From assembly GCF_004010195.1 (NCBI RefSeq), contig NC_057719.1, positions 84,097,108 through 84,139,601 of the forward strand: a stretch of DNA of 42,494 bases. Reading direction: 5' to 3'. Under the pieces are notes generated by a model. The model ran no database searches. It saw only the letters and a program-made list of their open reading frames with translations, and was not told the origin of the DNA. The DNA comes from Chiloscyllium plagiosum. Taxonomy: Eukaryota. Shown in pieces: positions 11,206-23,737 of this stretch. Position 1 is the stretch's first letter, and every line of letters begins with the position of its first letter. The position numbers and the translations under genes were made by a program.

Positions 11206-13259
11206 AAAAACCCACAACTTTCAAACCTGATGTGATACAGTGCTATTCATTGAGCCATGGCTGGTCCCATAACTTTATAGCATGTGAGCTTCACAAGGGA
11301 GTTTAGTTAAGTCAATATTGACCACTTCAGAAGCGTGCCAGCAGTGGTGTGACCATACTCATTGAAGCCTAATAGGCACTAGTTGCATCAACATCACCAG
11401 GGTTTTGGGGTGTGAGATGGGGTCTGCACCACTCTGGGTTCCTTGATCTACCCTGACAACATAGGCTTTATGATGAGGTAATTCTGTCCATCAGTGTCTC
11501 TCAGAAAAAAAAGAGGTGAGGGAATGAGAGGGGAACCAAATTATGAATAATTTCACCTAGGTCAGCCTCAGGAAGCACATGATTAGCACAGACTGGGCAA
11601 CCTTCCACTGTGTCTGAAACCACAGAAACTGGCTTTCCACGTGGTCCAAGATAAACACAGTCGTTTGACAAGAACTGCAACCTCTAAAGCTTTACGATCT
11701 CGTCTTTGAGTTTCTAGAACAACAGTCTGAATTTATTGAAAAGTCTGAAAGGGTGGGGGAAGTGGTGGGGGGTAGAAATGCACTGAAAATCCTTGTTCCG
11801 AACAAGCAATGAGGTCAGGTCACAGGATTAAAAGCACACCATCAAACGCAAACAAAACAGAGATGCTATTTAAATTGGCTGCCAATTGGAAAATACAAGT
11901 TCTTAACAACTCAAAGACCATGAAAGGGCACAAAGCTCTTGTGTGTAAGTTTGCTCTATGAACTTCCACTGGCTGTTGCCATGACTGTACTCCAGCACAT
12001 CGCTGTTTCATTCAATTCCTCAGATTCCTCGAAATAACAACTTGTACAGTACCTTTAAAGCGAAGGCATTTTGCAGGAGAATCGAAACAAAATCTGACTG
12101 CCAGGGACACAAGTATTAATTTGGACAAATGTCTGAGTAATTCCAAAGTTTAAGTTCAAGGTCGATGTGAATATGGTGCCAAAGGGGCAGCAATAAGAAG
12201 TTGGGAATTCACAAGAGACCAGGATTGGAGGAGAGCAGTTATTCCAGAGGCCTGTAGAGCTGGAGGAGGCTACAGAAATAGGGAGAGGCAAGGCCAAAGA
12301 ATCATTGAGTAATATAAGTCTGAGGTACTAGATTGGAAACAAATCCATGTCAGGGATCTTGGGTGAGCAGTGCTTGGTACAAGTTGTGGAGCAGTTGGCA
12401 GAAGTTTAGACGAGGTCAAGCCTAGGCAAGGTGGGAGCCCGGCAAGGAGAACCTTGGTACATTCGAATCGAGATAAAACCCACAAGCTGCCAAGGAATGA
12501 TAACTGACTGATTCCAGTAATAAAAATTTAGAAAAGAGAGGTGTAGAAATATGCTTGCCATTGGCTGCACGAGGACGAAAACACCTAAAATATAACAAAA
12601 TAATAGATAGTTCAGGTAAACCTTCCCTTCCCTCAGTGGTTATACTCCCCTTTTAGTGAAGCAATTCCACCAGTTGTAGTCTGTTGATGAGAAAGTTAGA
12701 GCAGAGATTTACTCCCTTTTCATTCCTCTTTGTTCAAAATTGTTTTCTGTTCCACCACGCGCTGTCACAGAGCTGTGATAAGGTTCAGTGCGGTATTAGT
12801 TTAGAATGTAAACAGGGGCATAAATAAAATGCAAATAATGCATCTGTCAACAAACCAGTGCTCCTTTCAACACTTGGAGCATGCAAAGACCTTGCCGCTT
12901 CCCACCCACATTCAGGCCTTACAAAGATGTCATTCTCCCACTATGGTCAGACTATGCAATGCTGCTTCCTTCTAGTATCCCCACACTTGTTATATTGGGG
13001 ACCAGTCTATGATATGCAGGAAGTAAAGCATAAAACCAAGAGGGATGGGAGAATCTATAACTCTAACTTGTAAACTAAGGAAGACACATAGCAACATAGA
13101 TTGCATAAACACGTCTCAAACTCTAGAATTGTAAAATGCAGTCATTAAATTTCTGTTGAGAAAATGACTGCGCTTTAAAAACATTGAATTTCATTCATTT
13201 CGAGCTTGGATCTTTATCAGTAAGAAATCGTTGCTCAGATAGGGTCTTGACCCTCAAAA

Positions 13260-13445
13260 GATAGTGGATGTAAAGTCTTTGAACATAACTTTTAAGAAGA
13301 CATAGATAGGTTCTTGATAAGCAAGTTGCAGGGCAATGAGAAGCTCTCACGGATAGGTGGGAATGGGGAGTATCAGATCAATCATGATTTTATTGAATGG
13401 CGGAGCACGCTGAAGGAGCTGAGTGGCCTACTCCTGTTCCTAGAC
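13260..13445 (+). mobile_element. CR1 3' end fragment
   Basis: ATTGAATGGCGGAGCACGCTGAAGGAGCTGAGTGGCCTACTCCTGTTCCT is similar to the reverse complement of 11037-11110. Confidence 0.7.
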
Positions 13446-13537
13446 TGCATACTTGTGCTGTTTCAAACCAAATCAAAAGGTGGCACATTACTTCAATGTG
13501 ATTTGATTCTATTTATGATACCATTAACCAAACCTCG

Positions 13538-14137
13538 TTATTGGTCAGTGCATTGAGTATTGGAGTTGGGTTGTCAATGTTGTGCCTGTGCAGGACATTG
13601 GTGAGGCCACTTTTAGAATACTGAGGACAATTCTGGTCGCCCTGCTAAAGGAAAAATGTTGTTAAACTTGAGAGGTTGTAGAAAAGGACGTTGCTGGGAG
13701 TGGAGAGTTTGAGTTTGAGCCTGAACAGACTGGGCTTATTTTCCCTGGAGTGTCAGAGGTGGAGGGGTGACCTTATAGAGGTTTATAAAATGAAGGGCAA
13801 TGGGTAGGACAAATAGCCAGGGAGTTTTCCCTGGGATGGGGAGTCCAAAACCAGAGGGATAAGTTTAAAGAGAGAGGGGAAAGATTTAAAATGGACTTGT
13901 AGATAGCTTTTTCCACGCTGACCGTGGTGCACGTATGGAACAAGCTGCCAGAGGAAGTGGTGGGGGTGAGTACTACATTACATTTAAAAAAGCATCTCGA
14001 TGAGTATATGAATAGGAAGTGTTTAGAGAGAGATGAGCCAAATGCTGGCAAATGAGACTAGGTCAGGAAGGGATGTCTGGTGGGTGAGGATGAGTTCGAC
14101 TGAAGGTTCTGTTTCTGTGCTGAATGACTTAATGACT
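13538..14137 (+). mobile_element. 5'-truncated CR1 (HER1-like) LINE
   Basis: AGGACATTGGTGAGGCCACTTTTAGAATAC (RTLVRPLLEY), GACCTTATAGAGGTTTATAAAATG, tail GTGCTGAATGACTTAATGACT. Confidence 0.85.
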
Positions 14138-15189
14138 GCATGGGTGTGGTGGCCAAGGCCAGTATTTTTTCTTTACCCATAATTTTTCATTTGTTAATGA
14201 GGTGAAGGTATTGCTGACTATGCGTATTTATTGCTCATCCCTAACTGTACAAAAAAGTGGTAGTCAGCTGCCCTATTGAACCACCACAGTTCTTGGTGTA
14301 AAGGGACACCTACAGCCCTATTACGAAAGAAACACTAGGATTTTGACCCAGTGACAGAACGAATAGCAACATAATTCCAAGACGGAATTTGTGTGGCTTG
14401 AAGGGACAAATGCAGGTAGTGGCACTCGTATATATCTGCTACCGTTATCCTTCAAAGTGGTGGAGGCTGTGGGTTTGGAAGGTGCTTTGTAGACGATGCA
14501 TACGTTGGGAAGAATGTGACTTGATGGTAATAGGAGTGAGTGCTGATGGGAGATGGATACCCCCAAATGGACTGCTTCACCCTGGATGGTGTTGAGTTTC
14601 TTGAAAGTTGTATTTATCCTGAGAGTATTCAACCATAGTCTGTAATTATGTCTTGTAGATGATGGATGGGCAATGGGGAGCCATATGGCAAGCTACTGCA
14701 ACAGCACTCTGACCTTTTCTTGTAGCCACTGTACTTCTATGACGACTCCAGTTCAGCTTCTGATTAAAGTAACTCCTAGGATGTTGACAGTAGGGAATTC
14801 AGCAATGGCAATACCTTGAAGATCAAGGTGAGATAATTAGATTCTCTCTCGATGGAGATGGCCATTGCCCAGCACTTTTGACGTGTGAGTTCAGCATGTT
14901 ACCTATCAGCACAAGCCCATGTCTTGTTGCATTAAGGCCCAAGGTGCTTTAGTATCTGGAAAAGTTGTGAATAATGAAGCAGCTGAAGATAACTGGATCT
15001 ATGGCACAACCTTCAGGAACTTCTGAAATGGTATCCTAGGACTGAGATAATTGACCTCCAAAATCCACAACCATCTTCATCTGCACTAGGTACAGGTTCA
15101 ACACTGAAGCATTTTCTTCCTGACTCCTATTACCTTCAGTTTTGCCGAGGTTTCTTGATATCACATTTGACTAAATGCTGCCTTGATAT

Positions 15190-15450
15190 GGATAGGCCAT
15201 TTAGGACTGATGAGGAGAAATTTATTCACCCAGCGAATGGCAAGCCTGTGAAATTCTCTGCCACAGAAAGAGCTCGAGGCCAAAACACAATGGTTCCAAG
15301 GAGGAGTTAGATATAGTTCTTAGGGCTAAAAACGATCAAGGGGTATGGGGTGAAAGCAAGAACAAGATACTGGATGATCAGCCATGATCGTACTGAATGA
15401 CAGAGTAAGCTCAAAGGGCTGAATAGCCAACTCCAATTTTCCATGTTTTT
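15190..15450 (+). mobile_element. CR1 3' end fragment
   Basis: TTTAGGACTGATGAGGAGAAATTTATTCACCCAG...GATGATCAGCCATGATCGTACTGAATG...AAGGGCTGAATAGCC. Confidence 0.75.
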
Positions 15451-16666
15451 ATCAAGGACAGTCACTTCACAATGAAGTCGGGAGGCAAGTGAACCAAACA
15501 AAACTTAATTAGAGAGTAGGTGAGAAGGTTACTACTGAGTGTCACTTGACAGCATTGTAGACGATACGTTCCATCACTGTGTTGATGATGTAGTGTGGAC
15601 TGATGGCGGCAGTAATTGACTTGATTGGCTTTGTGAACAGGAGATGCCTTGTAATTTTCCACATTCCAGTATTCAATGCCTTCAGTGTTTCAGGTGGAGG
15701 GAATCAAATTGGCTGAGGACTGGTATCTATGATGCTGGGGAATTCAGGAGGATGATGAGATAGAAGTGGCACTTCTGGTTGAAGACTGTTGCAAATGCTT
15801 CAAACCTGATGCGCAGAGCTACCTCTCAACATTGACAATGGGGATATTTGTAAAGCCTCTATTCTTGTTCACAACTGGATATGGAAGGACTGCAGAGCTC
15901 AGATTTGTTCTGATGACTGTAGAATCTCTTGTCTATTCCATGCTGCCATCCACAGTTTGGCATGCAAGTATTCCTGAGTTTTTAGCTTCACCAGGTTGAC
16001 ACGTCATTTCTTAAAAAAAAAGGCTGAGTGATTTTTCTGGCCTACCCTACCCTCCTTCGCTCTTCATTCAGTGTGCCACTTATCAGACCAAGTCTGAATG
16101 TTGCCCATTATTTTATCATTTAGGAATTACAAATGGCGTCAAACATTGTGGAATCATTACCAAACATCCCCAGTTCCAACCTAATGAAGGAAGGAAGCTC
16201 ATCGATGAAGCAGTGGATGGTGATCGGACTTGGAACATTGTCCTGAGAAATGTCTGTGACAACGTCCTGTAACTGAGATGACTGCCCTCAAACAATCACA
16301 ATAATTTTCATTGACTTAATTTCACAGGGCTCGCTGATGCCACATTATTGCAGCCTTGATTAAAGGACATAGACTCTCAGTTCATGTCTGGAATTCAGCA
16401 CCTTTGTCCATGCTTGGGCCAGGTCTGCAATTAGGTCAGGAGCTAAGTTATCCTGGCAGAACCCAAAGTGAACAACAGTGAGCAGGTTATTGCTGCTGAG
16501 CGAGTGCTGCTTAATAGTTGATAACATGCTCCATCCCTTTGCTGATGATGGGATGATAATTAGCTGAATCAGTCATGTCCTGAACTTTGCAGACTTGGTA
16601 TCTGACTGATACTGTGGAAAATACCCATGTTGTAGCTGCCTTTGAAGCACATGGTTAAGGACATGA

Positions 16667-16816
16667 AAACAACAAATGCTGGAGATCACACCAGGTCAGA
16701 TAGCATCCTTAGAGAGAGAGCAAGCTAACACTGAGTCTAGATGACTCTTCATCTGATCTCCAGCATTTGTTGTTTTCAGTACAGATTTAAGCATCTGCAG
16801 TATTTTGCTCCTACCT
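16667..16816 (+). mobile_element. Fold-back Penelope-like element, distinct family (stem II GAGTC/GACTC)
   Basis: Perfect 25-bp arms 16664-16688 / 16754-16778, 38-nt tail, TSD TGG(T/G)TAAGGACATGA at 16652-16666 and 16817-16831. Confidence 0.8.
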
Positions 16817-18078
16817 TGGGTAAGGACATGACTAGCTCTGGTGCAGGGCTACAGTACTATTAACAGCATAACGAATGGGAGAAATAGCATTTGCTGTATC
16901 CAGTGCATTCAGCCGTTAATAATCACATTGAGTAACTTAAATTTTTTTTAAGTTTGCATTTATATATTTTATAGTATGTGGGTATCATTGGCAAGGTTAG
17001 CATTTATTACCCAACGAGGTAAACCCCAATTGCAATTGAGAAGATGTGATAATGGCCTTCCATCCCATCCATCTAGACATACTGGCTATTTCAAAGGGCA
17101 TTTAAAGAGCCAACCATAATGTTGTGGATTTTGAGTCACATATCACATGCAAGGCAAATTGTGTGTGAATGCAATTCAGCTGCTACTGATGGCCTACAGT
17201 ACCTCATGGAATATTCTGTGCTGAGTTGCTACAAATATTAATCATGTTATTTGACATAATGGTATTACATTACAACATGGTAAAGAGAGTTTTCGGTGTA
17301 AATTCGACTTAATATCACAGTGCCTTCTGAAAACTAACTCCTACGAGCACTAACCATAGGGATCTGCGTCTGATTTAAGTAGATAGTTGAGAGTGAGGTT
17401 AAGTAGGACGAACACACATTGGTTTCTGCTTTACCTATCACTGGTCCTGTGTGGCAGATATGTCCTTTAGAACTCAGCCAACATGTTTAGTAATAGTGCG
17501 ATCAAGCCAAGCTTTATGATAAAAACTGAAGCTCTCACACCCACATTCTGTGCTCTTGTCACCCTCTGTTTCTTCCAAGCAACGCTACCAATCCACAGAC
17601 TACATTGACACGGAACACAAAATCACTGGGGAATTGGTCTGCTTCATTTGACCTTTATTATTCTATTTTGTACTGTTTAACATGGCCTGTTTTACATGAG
17701 CTGTAAATGCTATTTGGTCCAACAGATCATCTCCTTCCAAGTTGCTTCATGCGCCCCACCAATATAGGTTTCTATCCATTTCTCCCTCATACATTTAAGG
17801 GAATTTTGATAAGTGTATCTATGCTGTTCATAGCTTGAGTGTGATTGCTGTAAAACCTGAAAGGATTTGCTCTGCATAAGGTCAACACTTGACAACTCTG
17901 AAATGAGCCCCAACTCTCACACTGCATGAACCTCTAGAATTCATCATGTTTGGCATGTCATTACCCAAACCAGCAATCTCCAGAAGACTAATGCTCATTC
18001 TCAACCCCAAAGTCTCTCTGCTACTTCACCATCATAATAAAGAAAAGCGAGGTTCTCAACCACACTTGGCAATATTCA

Positions 18079-18459
18079 AAGATGGCAGCGGAGTAGGCTG
18101 CTTCAACGCAGGCCCAGCATGACAGTCCCTTGGCTCCCTCAGCGTGAGCTTCCGACCTCAAGATGCTTCCAGAGTGGTCTCCCAGCCTCAAGGTGAAAAG
18201 CCCGGCATGGACTGGAGGCTAGGCGTGTGGACTGGGTTGGAAGAACTGTTATTCTGAGCTTTTTATTTCTCTATTTCTAAGTTATTCCTACAATCTATAA
18301 TGCTGGACTTTTGAATTTCTTTATTTTTCTAACTTTCTTTCTTAAGAACTTGCAGTGAAGAAATCAGTACCTTGTACCTAAGGTGGCACCGTAAATGGTG
18401 ACTTGTAAACTTTTCACTGTACTCATTTGATTGCATGTGACAATAAAGCGAATTCAATT
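18079..18459 (+). mobile_element. Non-autonomous bipartite LINE derivative (AAGATGGC head, Rex1/Babar-like tail)
   Basis: Begins AAGATGGCAGCGG, GC-rich 5' half, T-rich 3' half, ends CTTTTCACTGTACTCATTTGATTGCATGTGACAATAAAGCGAATTCAATT. Confidence 0.55.
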
Positions 18460-19646
18460 GAGATGTCGACATAATGGGAAGGGGACTCCAGCTGGCTTCC
18501 CTTCTACCATCCCCAGATCAGAGGCACTTAAGCTCACTACAGCAAACCTACTTCACAACCAGCGAAAGCCAGGTTACTCAGTAGGACAGATCTGAGATGA
18601 CACAAGACCATCTTGATGGTACATGGTTCAGTAACAGTCTACAAAAACAGACTTGCATTTCTAGACAATGCCTTTCATATTGTTTATTCCTTAGTAACCC
18701 ATGACCGATTTTGGAAGAGAAGTCATTGTTGTAAGGAAGGAAACCATGCAAGATATCTGCTCACAAGTTCCCATAAGCAACAGTGAAATAATGACTAGAT
18801 AAGCTGTTTCAATTATAATTTAACAATAAATATAGACCAGGTTATGAGGCATAATATGCATTAGATCACAAGGAAAGTTGACATTACTCACAAAAACACA
18901 GGAACATTTCACTAAAGATTCACACAACATTTTAAAAAGTTACCAATGTTGGTATTAAGTTGGAGGGTTTGGATGAATTTTTTTTGTTTTTTTAAGCATG
19001 TGGTAGTCATGCCAAGGAAGATAAAACCAATAAACAGAGAGATAGGCTTAAAAAACAATAGAAAAAGAGGAAAGAAGGATTAATCGCTCAGATGACCAGC
19101 ACAGATGTAATAGAATGCCTTTTCATTTTGCAAATAATTGATCATTTCTTTCAAGCACACAAAGGGTTAAACTGGTTCCGTCACCAGAGCACCTTTAACT
19201 CAGAGTCCACTTCAGATTTTCAATCTTTTCAAACAAAGCTCATGGATTATGGAGACACAAATATCGCAGAAGCCTTTCTGTGTGTTCCAGTACATTTCTC
19301 AGCTAATCTTATAGCAAGGGACAAGGTAGAGAGGAACGAGAGAGGATGTTTTGTGAATCTAATTGTTTGGGGCCTACAATGGGGCCAGTCTCTCTCAAAG
19401 AAGGCTCCAGGAAACTTCCTGGCTCTCTGGTTGCTATAATGCAGTAACTCAGAAAACATCTGTTCATTCTCCCACTCACCGAGGTGGTGGGGGAGGGCTC
19501 AAAGAGATTCCTTTTTAACACCTTCAGGACCAAGTGCCTCTGCTCCATTTTTAAAACAGGAATCACAGTAGTACAACAGGGCTGTATCTATGGACTGTGC
19601 TAACCACATCAAGATGGCACAGGAGAACAACTGAGGGGTCTTTCTT

Positions 19647-19981
19647 TTAGATTAGATTAGATTAGATTAGATTAGATTACATTACAGTGTGAAAACAGGC
19701 CCTTCGGCCCAACAAGTCCACACCGACCCGCCGAAGCGAAACCCACCCATACCCCTACATTTACCCCTTACCTAACACTACGGGAAATTTAGCATGGCCA
19801 ATTCACCTGACCCTGCACATCTTTTGGACTGTGGGAGGAAACCGGAGCACCCGGAGGAAACCCACGCAGACACGGGGAGAACGTGCAAACTCCACACAGT
19901 CAGTCGCCTGAGGCGGGAGTTGAACCCGGGTCTCAGGCGCTGTGAGGCAGCAGTGCTAACCACTGTGCCACCGTGCCGCCC
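19647..19981 (-). mobile_element. Full-length, young HE1-type V-SINE
   Basis: 5' GGGCGGCACGGTGGCACAGTGG (A box 19960-19970), B box GGTTCAACTCC (19916-19926), V domain, CR1-derived 3' end, (TCTAA)6 tail, CpGs retained. Confidence 0.95.
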
Positions 19982-20109
19982 ACCGTGTCTCCTGACAGAT
20001 TTCCTCTGGAAGGAACTGCAGGTCAGCTCAAACTCCTGCTAATGTTATTAGAAATGGGTTTTCTCTGAAATCTCCCTTAAAATGACCTATCTGGCCAGTA
20101 ACAAGGAGA

Positions 20110-20430
20110 CGTTGGCCTTGTGGCATTATCGCTGGACCGTTAATCCAGCAACCTGAGTTCATGGCAGATGACAGAATTTGAAGTAAGTAAAACTCTGGGA
20201 CTTAAGAATCTAAGGATGACCATGTCACTTGTTGGAATAACCTATCTGGTTCATTAATGCCTTTTAGGGAAGGAAACTACCATCCTTATTAGGTCTGGCC
20301 TACATGTGACTCCAGACTCAAACTCACAGCAATGTCATTGACTTAACTGCCCTCTGGGCATTTAGGGATGGACAATAAATGCTGGCCTAGCTAGCAACAC
20401 CATCATCCTGTGAATGGCTTTTCAGAAAAA
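20110..20430 (+). mobile_element. tRNA-derived SINE sharing its tail with CR1-group family B
   Basis: Central GTCTGGCCTACATGTGACTCCAGAC hairpin; tail GGGCATTTAGGGATGGACAATAAATGCTGGCCTAGC matches 155-220 and 1853-1925. Confidence 0.75.
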
Positions 20431-20499
20431 AGAAAGTTCCAAAGTGCCTTCCAGCTAATGAATTATCATCTGCACTGTTACGAGGTAGGAAATGTGGCA

Positions 20500-20734
20500 A
20501 GATTAGAGTGATACTGGAAAAGCACAGCAGGTCAGGCAGCATCCGAGGAGTAGAAAAAATCGACGTTTCAGGCAAAAGCCCTTCATCAGGAATGAGCTTT
20601 TCATTCCTGATGAAGGGCTTTTGCCCAAAACGTTGATTTTTCCTGTTCCTCGGATGCTGCCTGACCGGCTGTGCTTTTCCAGTATCACTCTAATCTTGAC
20701 TCTAATCGCCAGCATCTGCAATCTCACTTTCCCC
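20500..20734 (+). mobile_element. Fold-back Penelope-like element with two opposed hammerhead motifs, 14-bp TSD
   Basis: 98-bp arms 20498-20595 / 20601-20698, 5-nt spacer, 36-nt tail, TSD TAGGAAATGTGGCA at 20486-20499 and 20735-20748. Confidence 0.93.
20558..20593 (-). ncRNA. Minimal hammerhead motif (core intact, G-U at base of stem II, weak stem I)
   Basis: ATTC-CTGATGA-A-GGGC-TTTT-GCCT-GAAA-CG-TC-GATT. Confidence 0.6.
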
Positions 20735-20748
20735 TAGGAAATGTGGCA

Positions 20749-20922
20749 GCCAACTTGTACAGAGCAAACTCCCACAAGCAGCAAAATTGAAAGGATCTGA
20801 AATCTGGTTTAGTTCTGTTAGTTGAGGAATAAATATTGGCAGGACAGTGCTTTTTTTGAATTGTGTAACAGGATCTTTTACATGCATCGGAGAGAGCAGA
20901 CGGGAATTTGGTTTATGTCTCA
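20749..20922 (-). mobile_element. Deu-domain SINE fragment (host of the PLE hairpin)
   Basis: TTGAGGAATAAATATTGGCAGGACA...GGATCTTTTACATGCATCGGAGAGAGCAGACGGG...GGTTTATGTCTCA resembles the antisense DeuSINE core. Confidence 0.6.
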
Positions 20923-23465
20923 AGTCTCCATTAATAGGTCGAACTGGTGTTTAACAGACCATCTCATTTGCATCGTTATATTTCCATGGCTAGTTGCCAC
21001 AGTTTTCTGGTCTGTGGTCTTGATCATTCATTTTCATGATCCTTAAACAACTTCAAATGCCTAGTTCCTCAATTCCTTGCACACTATTTGAATTTTCTTT
21101 TCCATCAAGCTGAATACTTAGCCCCTGTAATCTTAGTAATATTATTTCTACTCCTTGCATCTCTGAACTCATATTTAGTTTCCTCCTTATATTGCCTGCC
21201 ACTTAATCCCCACACCCACACCTCTTCAGGACAAAGAATTTTCTGAGTGCAGAACATCTGTTTCTTTTGACCTTCTATGTGATGTACAGTTAGATTTGAT
21301 ACTGTTACAGCAGCCTGGGGCTAACCTACTCCCAAACTATAAAGCACTGCTGCTGAATTACTAATAACTCCTCCCCACTTTGTTAAGTGTTCAGAATCAG
21401 TCACTGTCTAGCTCTGCAAGTAAGAGATTGCAAGCACAAGGGTAAATGAGAATGTCAGGATCTGAGAATACAGGTAGCCATCTGTGTACGTTAAGTGAGC
21501 ACTTGGAGTGTACATACATTGTGAGTGGATATGAGAATGAGTGCACGCGCACGTGTTATGTGCACAAATGCCACATGACTGCTGACAAGGAACTGTCAAA
21601 CAACTACTGAACAGAAAATGGGTACTGAAGACATTTGAAAAAGGAGAGCAGCATTCCTTTTCTGAACTCAACAAGCCACCATTCTATACTTAGAATTTCC
21701 TATCTCCCAAACTTCACATTGCTGTCATTCGTTTCAGGTTTTTCTCTTCACTTTTGTGAAGAAAGGTCTGACATCCTATTCTTGACCTGAGCTGAGGGAG
21801 CCATTCTCAGCTCCTAAAGTGGTGAAGGAGCCTCGCTAATTGGCCTTAGTTAACTTCCAAAGCTCAATCTCACTCTGGGGCTACTTGCCAGAAAGTGCCA
21901 GTTGTGGACATGAGAGAGTGCAGCACAGTTGTGATTTTCCCATTGTCGAAGGCCCTTTGGCAATCAGCCACAAAGAAAGAGCACAGGGAAGATACAGTGG
22001 TCATCTGACCAGCACAGCCAGAAAGGTTCTGAACACTCTGAGATGAGAAGGCAGGAAGAAACTCTTCTGCAAATGCACAGAATGAAATCTGTCCATGCAT
22101 AAAGACTTGTTTGGCAGAAGCTAAGCCAAGCAGAAAGAACAGAGAAGCAGCAAGGGGAAGGGCTTTAAGGAGGGGGTGTTCCAGAGAGGAGAATCAAAGC
22201 ACCAGCAGGACTAAGGGCTATATACATAAAGGATGGTAGAGAAAGCTAGAGTGGGATGAAAAAGATATGGTTAGACAGGAAGCTGTGAAGAGACTTCATA
22301 ATATTAATGAGGTTCAGTGAGAGCAGGGAGGTCTGGGTGAATATTCACCAGTGTCTGAGTATTCAGGTAGGTTGAGTGTCAAATAAGTGGAGGATGCACA
22401 TCATGGAGCTCAAGGGGGAGGCAATAAAAGGGTACTGAGGTCATTTCTGGAGGTGTCATCAATTCAATATAAAATGCACACATTACTCATTAAGAAATAA
22501 GATTTGCACCCAACTTTTCTACTCTAATATTACAGAGTTCATTCATTTGATTTGCTCCTGCTCCCTGCTAATACATTCTACATTTCAGGACTACAATTGT
22601 AATATTACACAGATGTAAGGATTATTGGAGAACAAAGGGAACTTTAACCTGATGTAATCCATTCTGTACCTGCCCTGGGACTGTCTGATGAGTCAGAGTG
22701 GAGAAGCTTTACCCTGTATGACTAGCGCTATAATCACAAGGTAGATTGTGGAGGGATTTTTATTTCGTATCGAATTCATTCTACGCAAAATGTTAGATAT
22801 GGAAATGTACAGACATTTTTATGCACAACAGTACGAGTTTAATGGGACAGTGTAAAAAAAGAGGCTTACTCATACTGTGCTTAACTGGGAGTGCTTGGTG
22901 CTGACACAGTTTGTTTTAATATTTTATTAGAAATCAGAACTTAATTGGAAAATTGATTCCAAAAACATTAACAGAAAATAAAAAGAATGCAAACATTAGT
23001 GAAGCCACTTGAATTTACTATCATTAGGTAATCAGTGACATCTGCGGGCAGGTAGTCAGTACTGCAAGGTGTTGAATAAGTGCAGTTTGGTTTCAGAATG
23101 AGAAGATTGTAGTGAGAAAAGTGTGCCTAAGTATTTATTTTAAAACCAGACTTTGCAAAAGATTTCTCAACAACAACATATTTTCATAAGATTGCATAAT
23201 ATGAAAGGATGCACTTTGAACCATCAGGCCTGTGTTAGATCTTTGAAAACGCTGTGCAGATTTGTCTCACTGACATGCTCTTTTTCCAAATACTGCACAA
23301 ATCTTTGCTTTTCCAAGTCTATTTCCCCTTTGGCAGTGCATGACAACAGGCTGTATTAAAAAGAATCTCCCTTGCCCAGTTCTTTCTTCAATTATCTTAA
23401 ATCTGTATTCCCTGGTTGTTGACCACGATACAAATTGGAAAGTTTTCCCTTATTTACCTTATGAA

Positions 23466-23737
23466 TGAATCGGAGATGCCGGTGTTGGACTGGGGTGTAC
23501 AAAGTTAAAAATCACACAACACCAGGTTATAGTCCAACAGGTTTAATTGGAAGCACACTAGCTTTCAGAGCGACGCTCCTTCATCAGGTGATTGTGGAGG
23601 GCTCGATCGTAACACAGAATTTCTGTGTTACAATCGAGCCCTCCACAATCACCTGATGAAGGAGCGTCGCTCCAAAAGCTAGTGTGCTTCCAATTAACCT
23701 GTTGGACTATAACCTGGTGTTGTGTGATTTTTAACTT
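23466..23737 (-). mobile_element. Fold-back Penelope-like element, unrelated family, 13-bp TSD
   Basis: About 119-bp arms 23501-23619 / 23621-23738 with 1-nt spacer, 35-nt tail 23466-23500, TSD TTTACCTTATGAA at 23453-23465 and 23738-23750. Confidence 0.9.
23556..23590 (-). ncRNA. Minimal hammerhead motif, AGCT variant
   Basis: CAC-CTGATGA-A-GGAGC-GTC-GCTCT-GAAA-GC-TA-GTG: stem I CAC/GTG, palindrome AGCT, CUA triplet. The mirror copy at 23650-23684 has GAAA changed to AAAA. Confidence 0.68.

Larger units (their letters stand above)
14190..16920 (-). mobile_element. Long fragmented CR1-group (family B) LINE with nested insertions
   Basis: Starts with the reverse complement of the family-B tail (TTTATTGCTCATCCCTAA) and continues through sequence homologous to 1-150 and 7290-9060. 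Interrupted by a CR1 at 15190-15450 and a PLE at 16667-16816. Confidence 0.6.

Noticed and set aside
19900..19981. tRNA gene
   Set aside because: The A and B boxes belong to the SINE head, which continues into the V domain and a LINE-derived tail. The same applies at 4292, 7775, 32155 and 36450.
22685..22710. CTGATGAG as another hammerhead core (also at about 15208)
   Set aside because: No stem II closed immediately before a GAAA. The contexts are a tandem repeat and a CR1 fragment.
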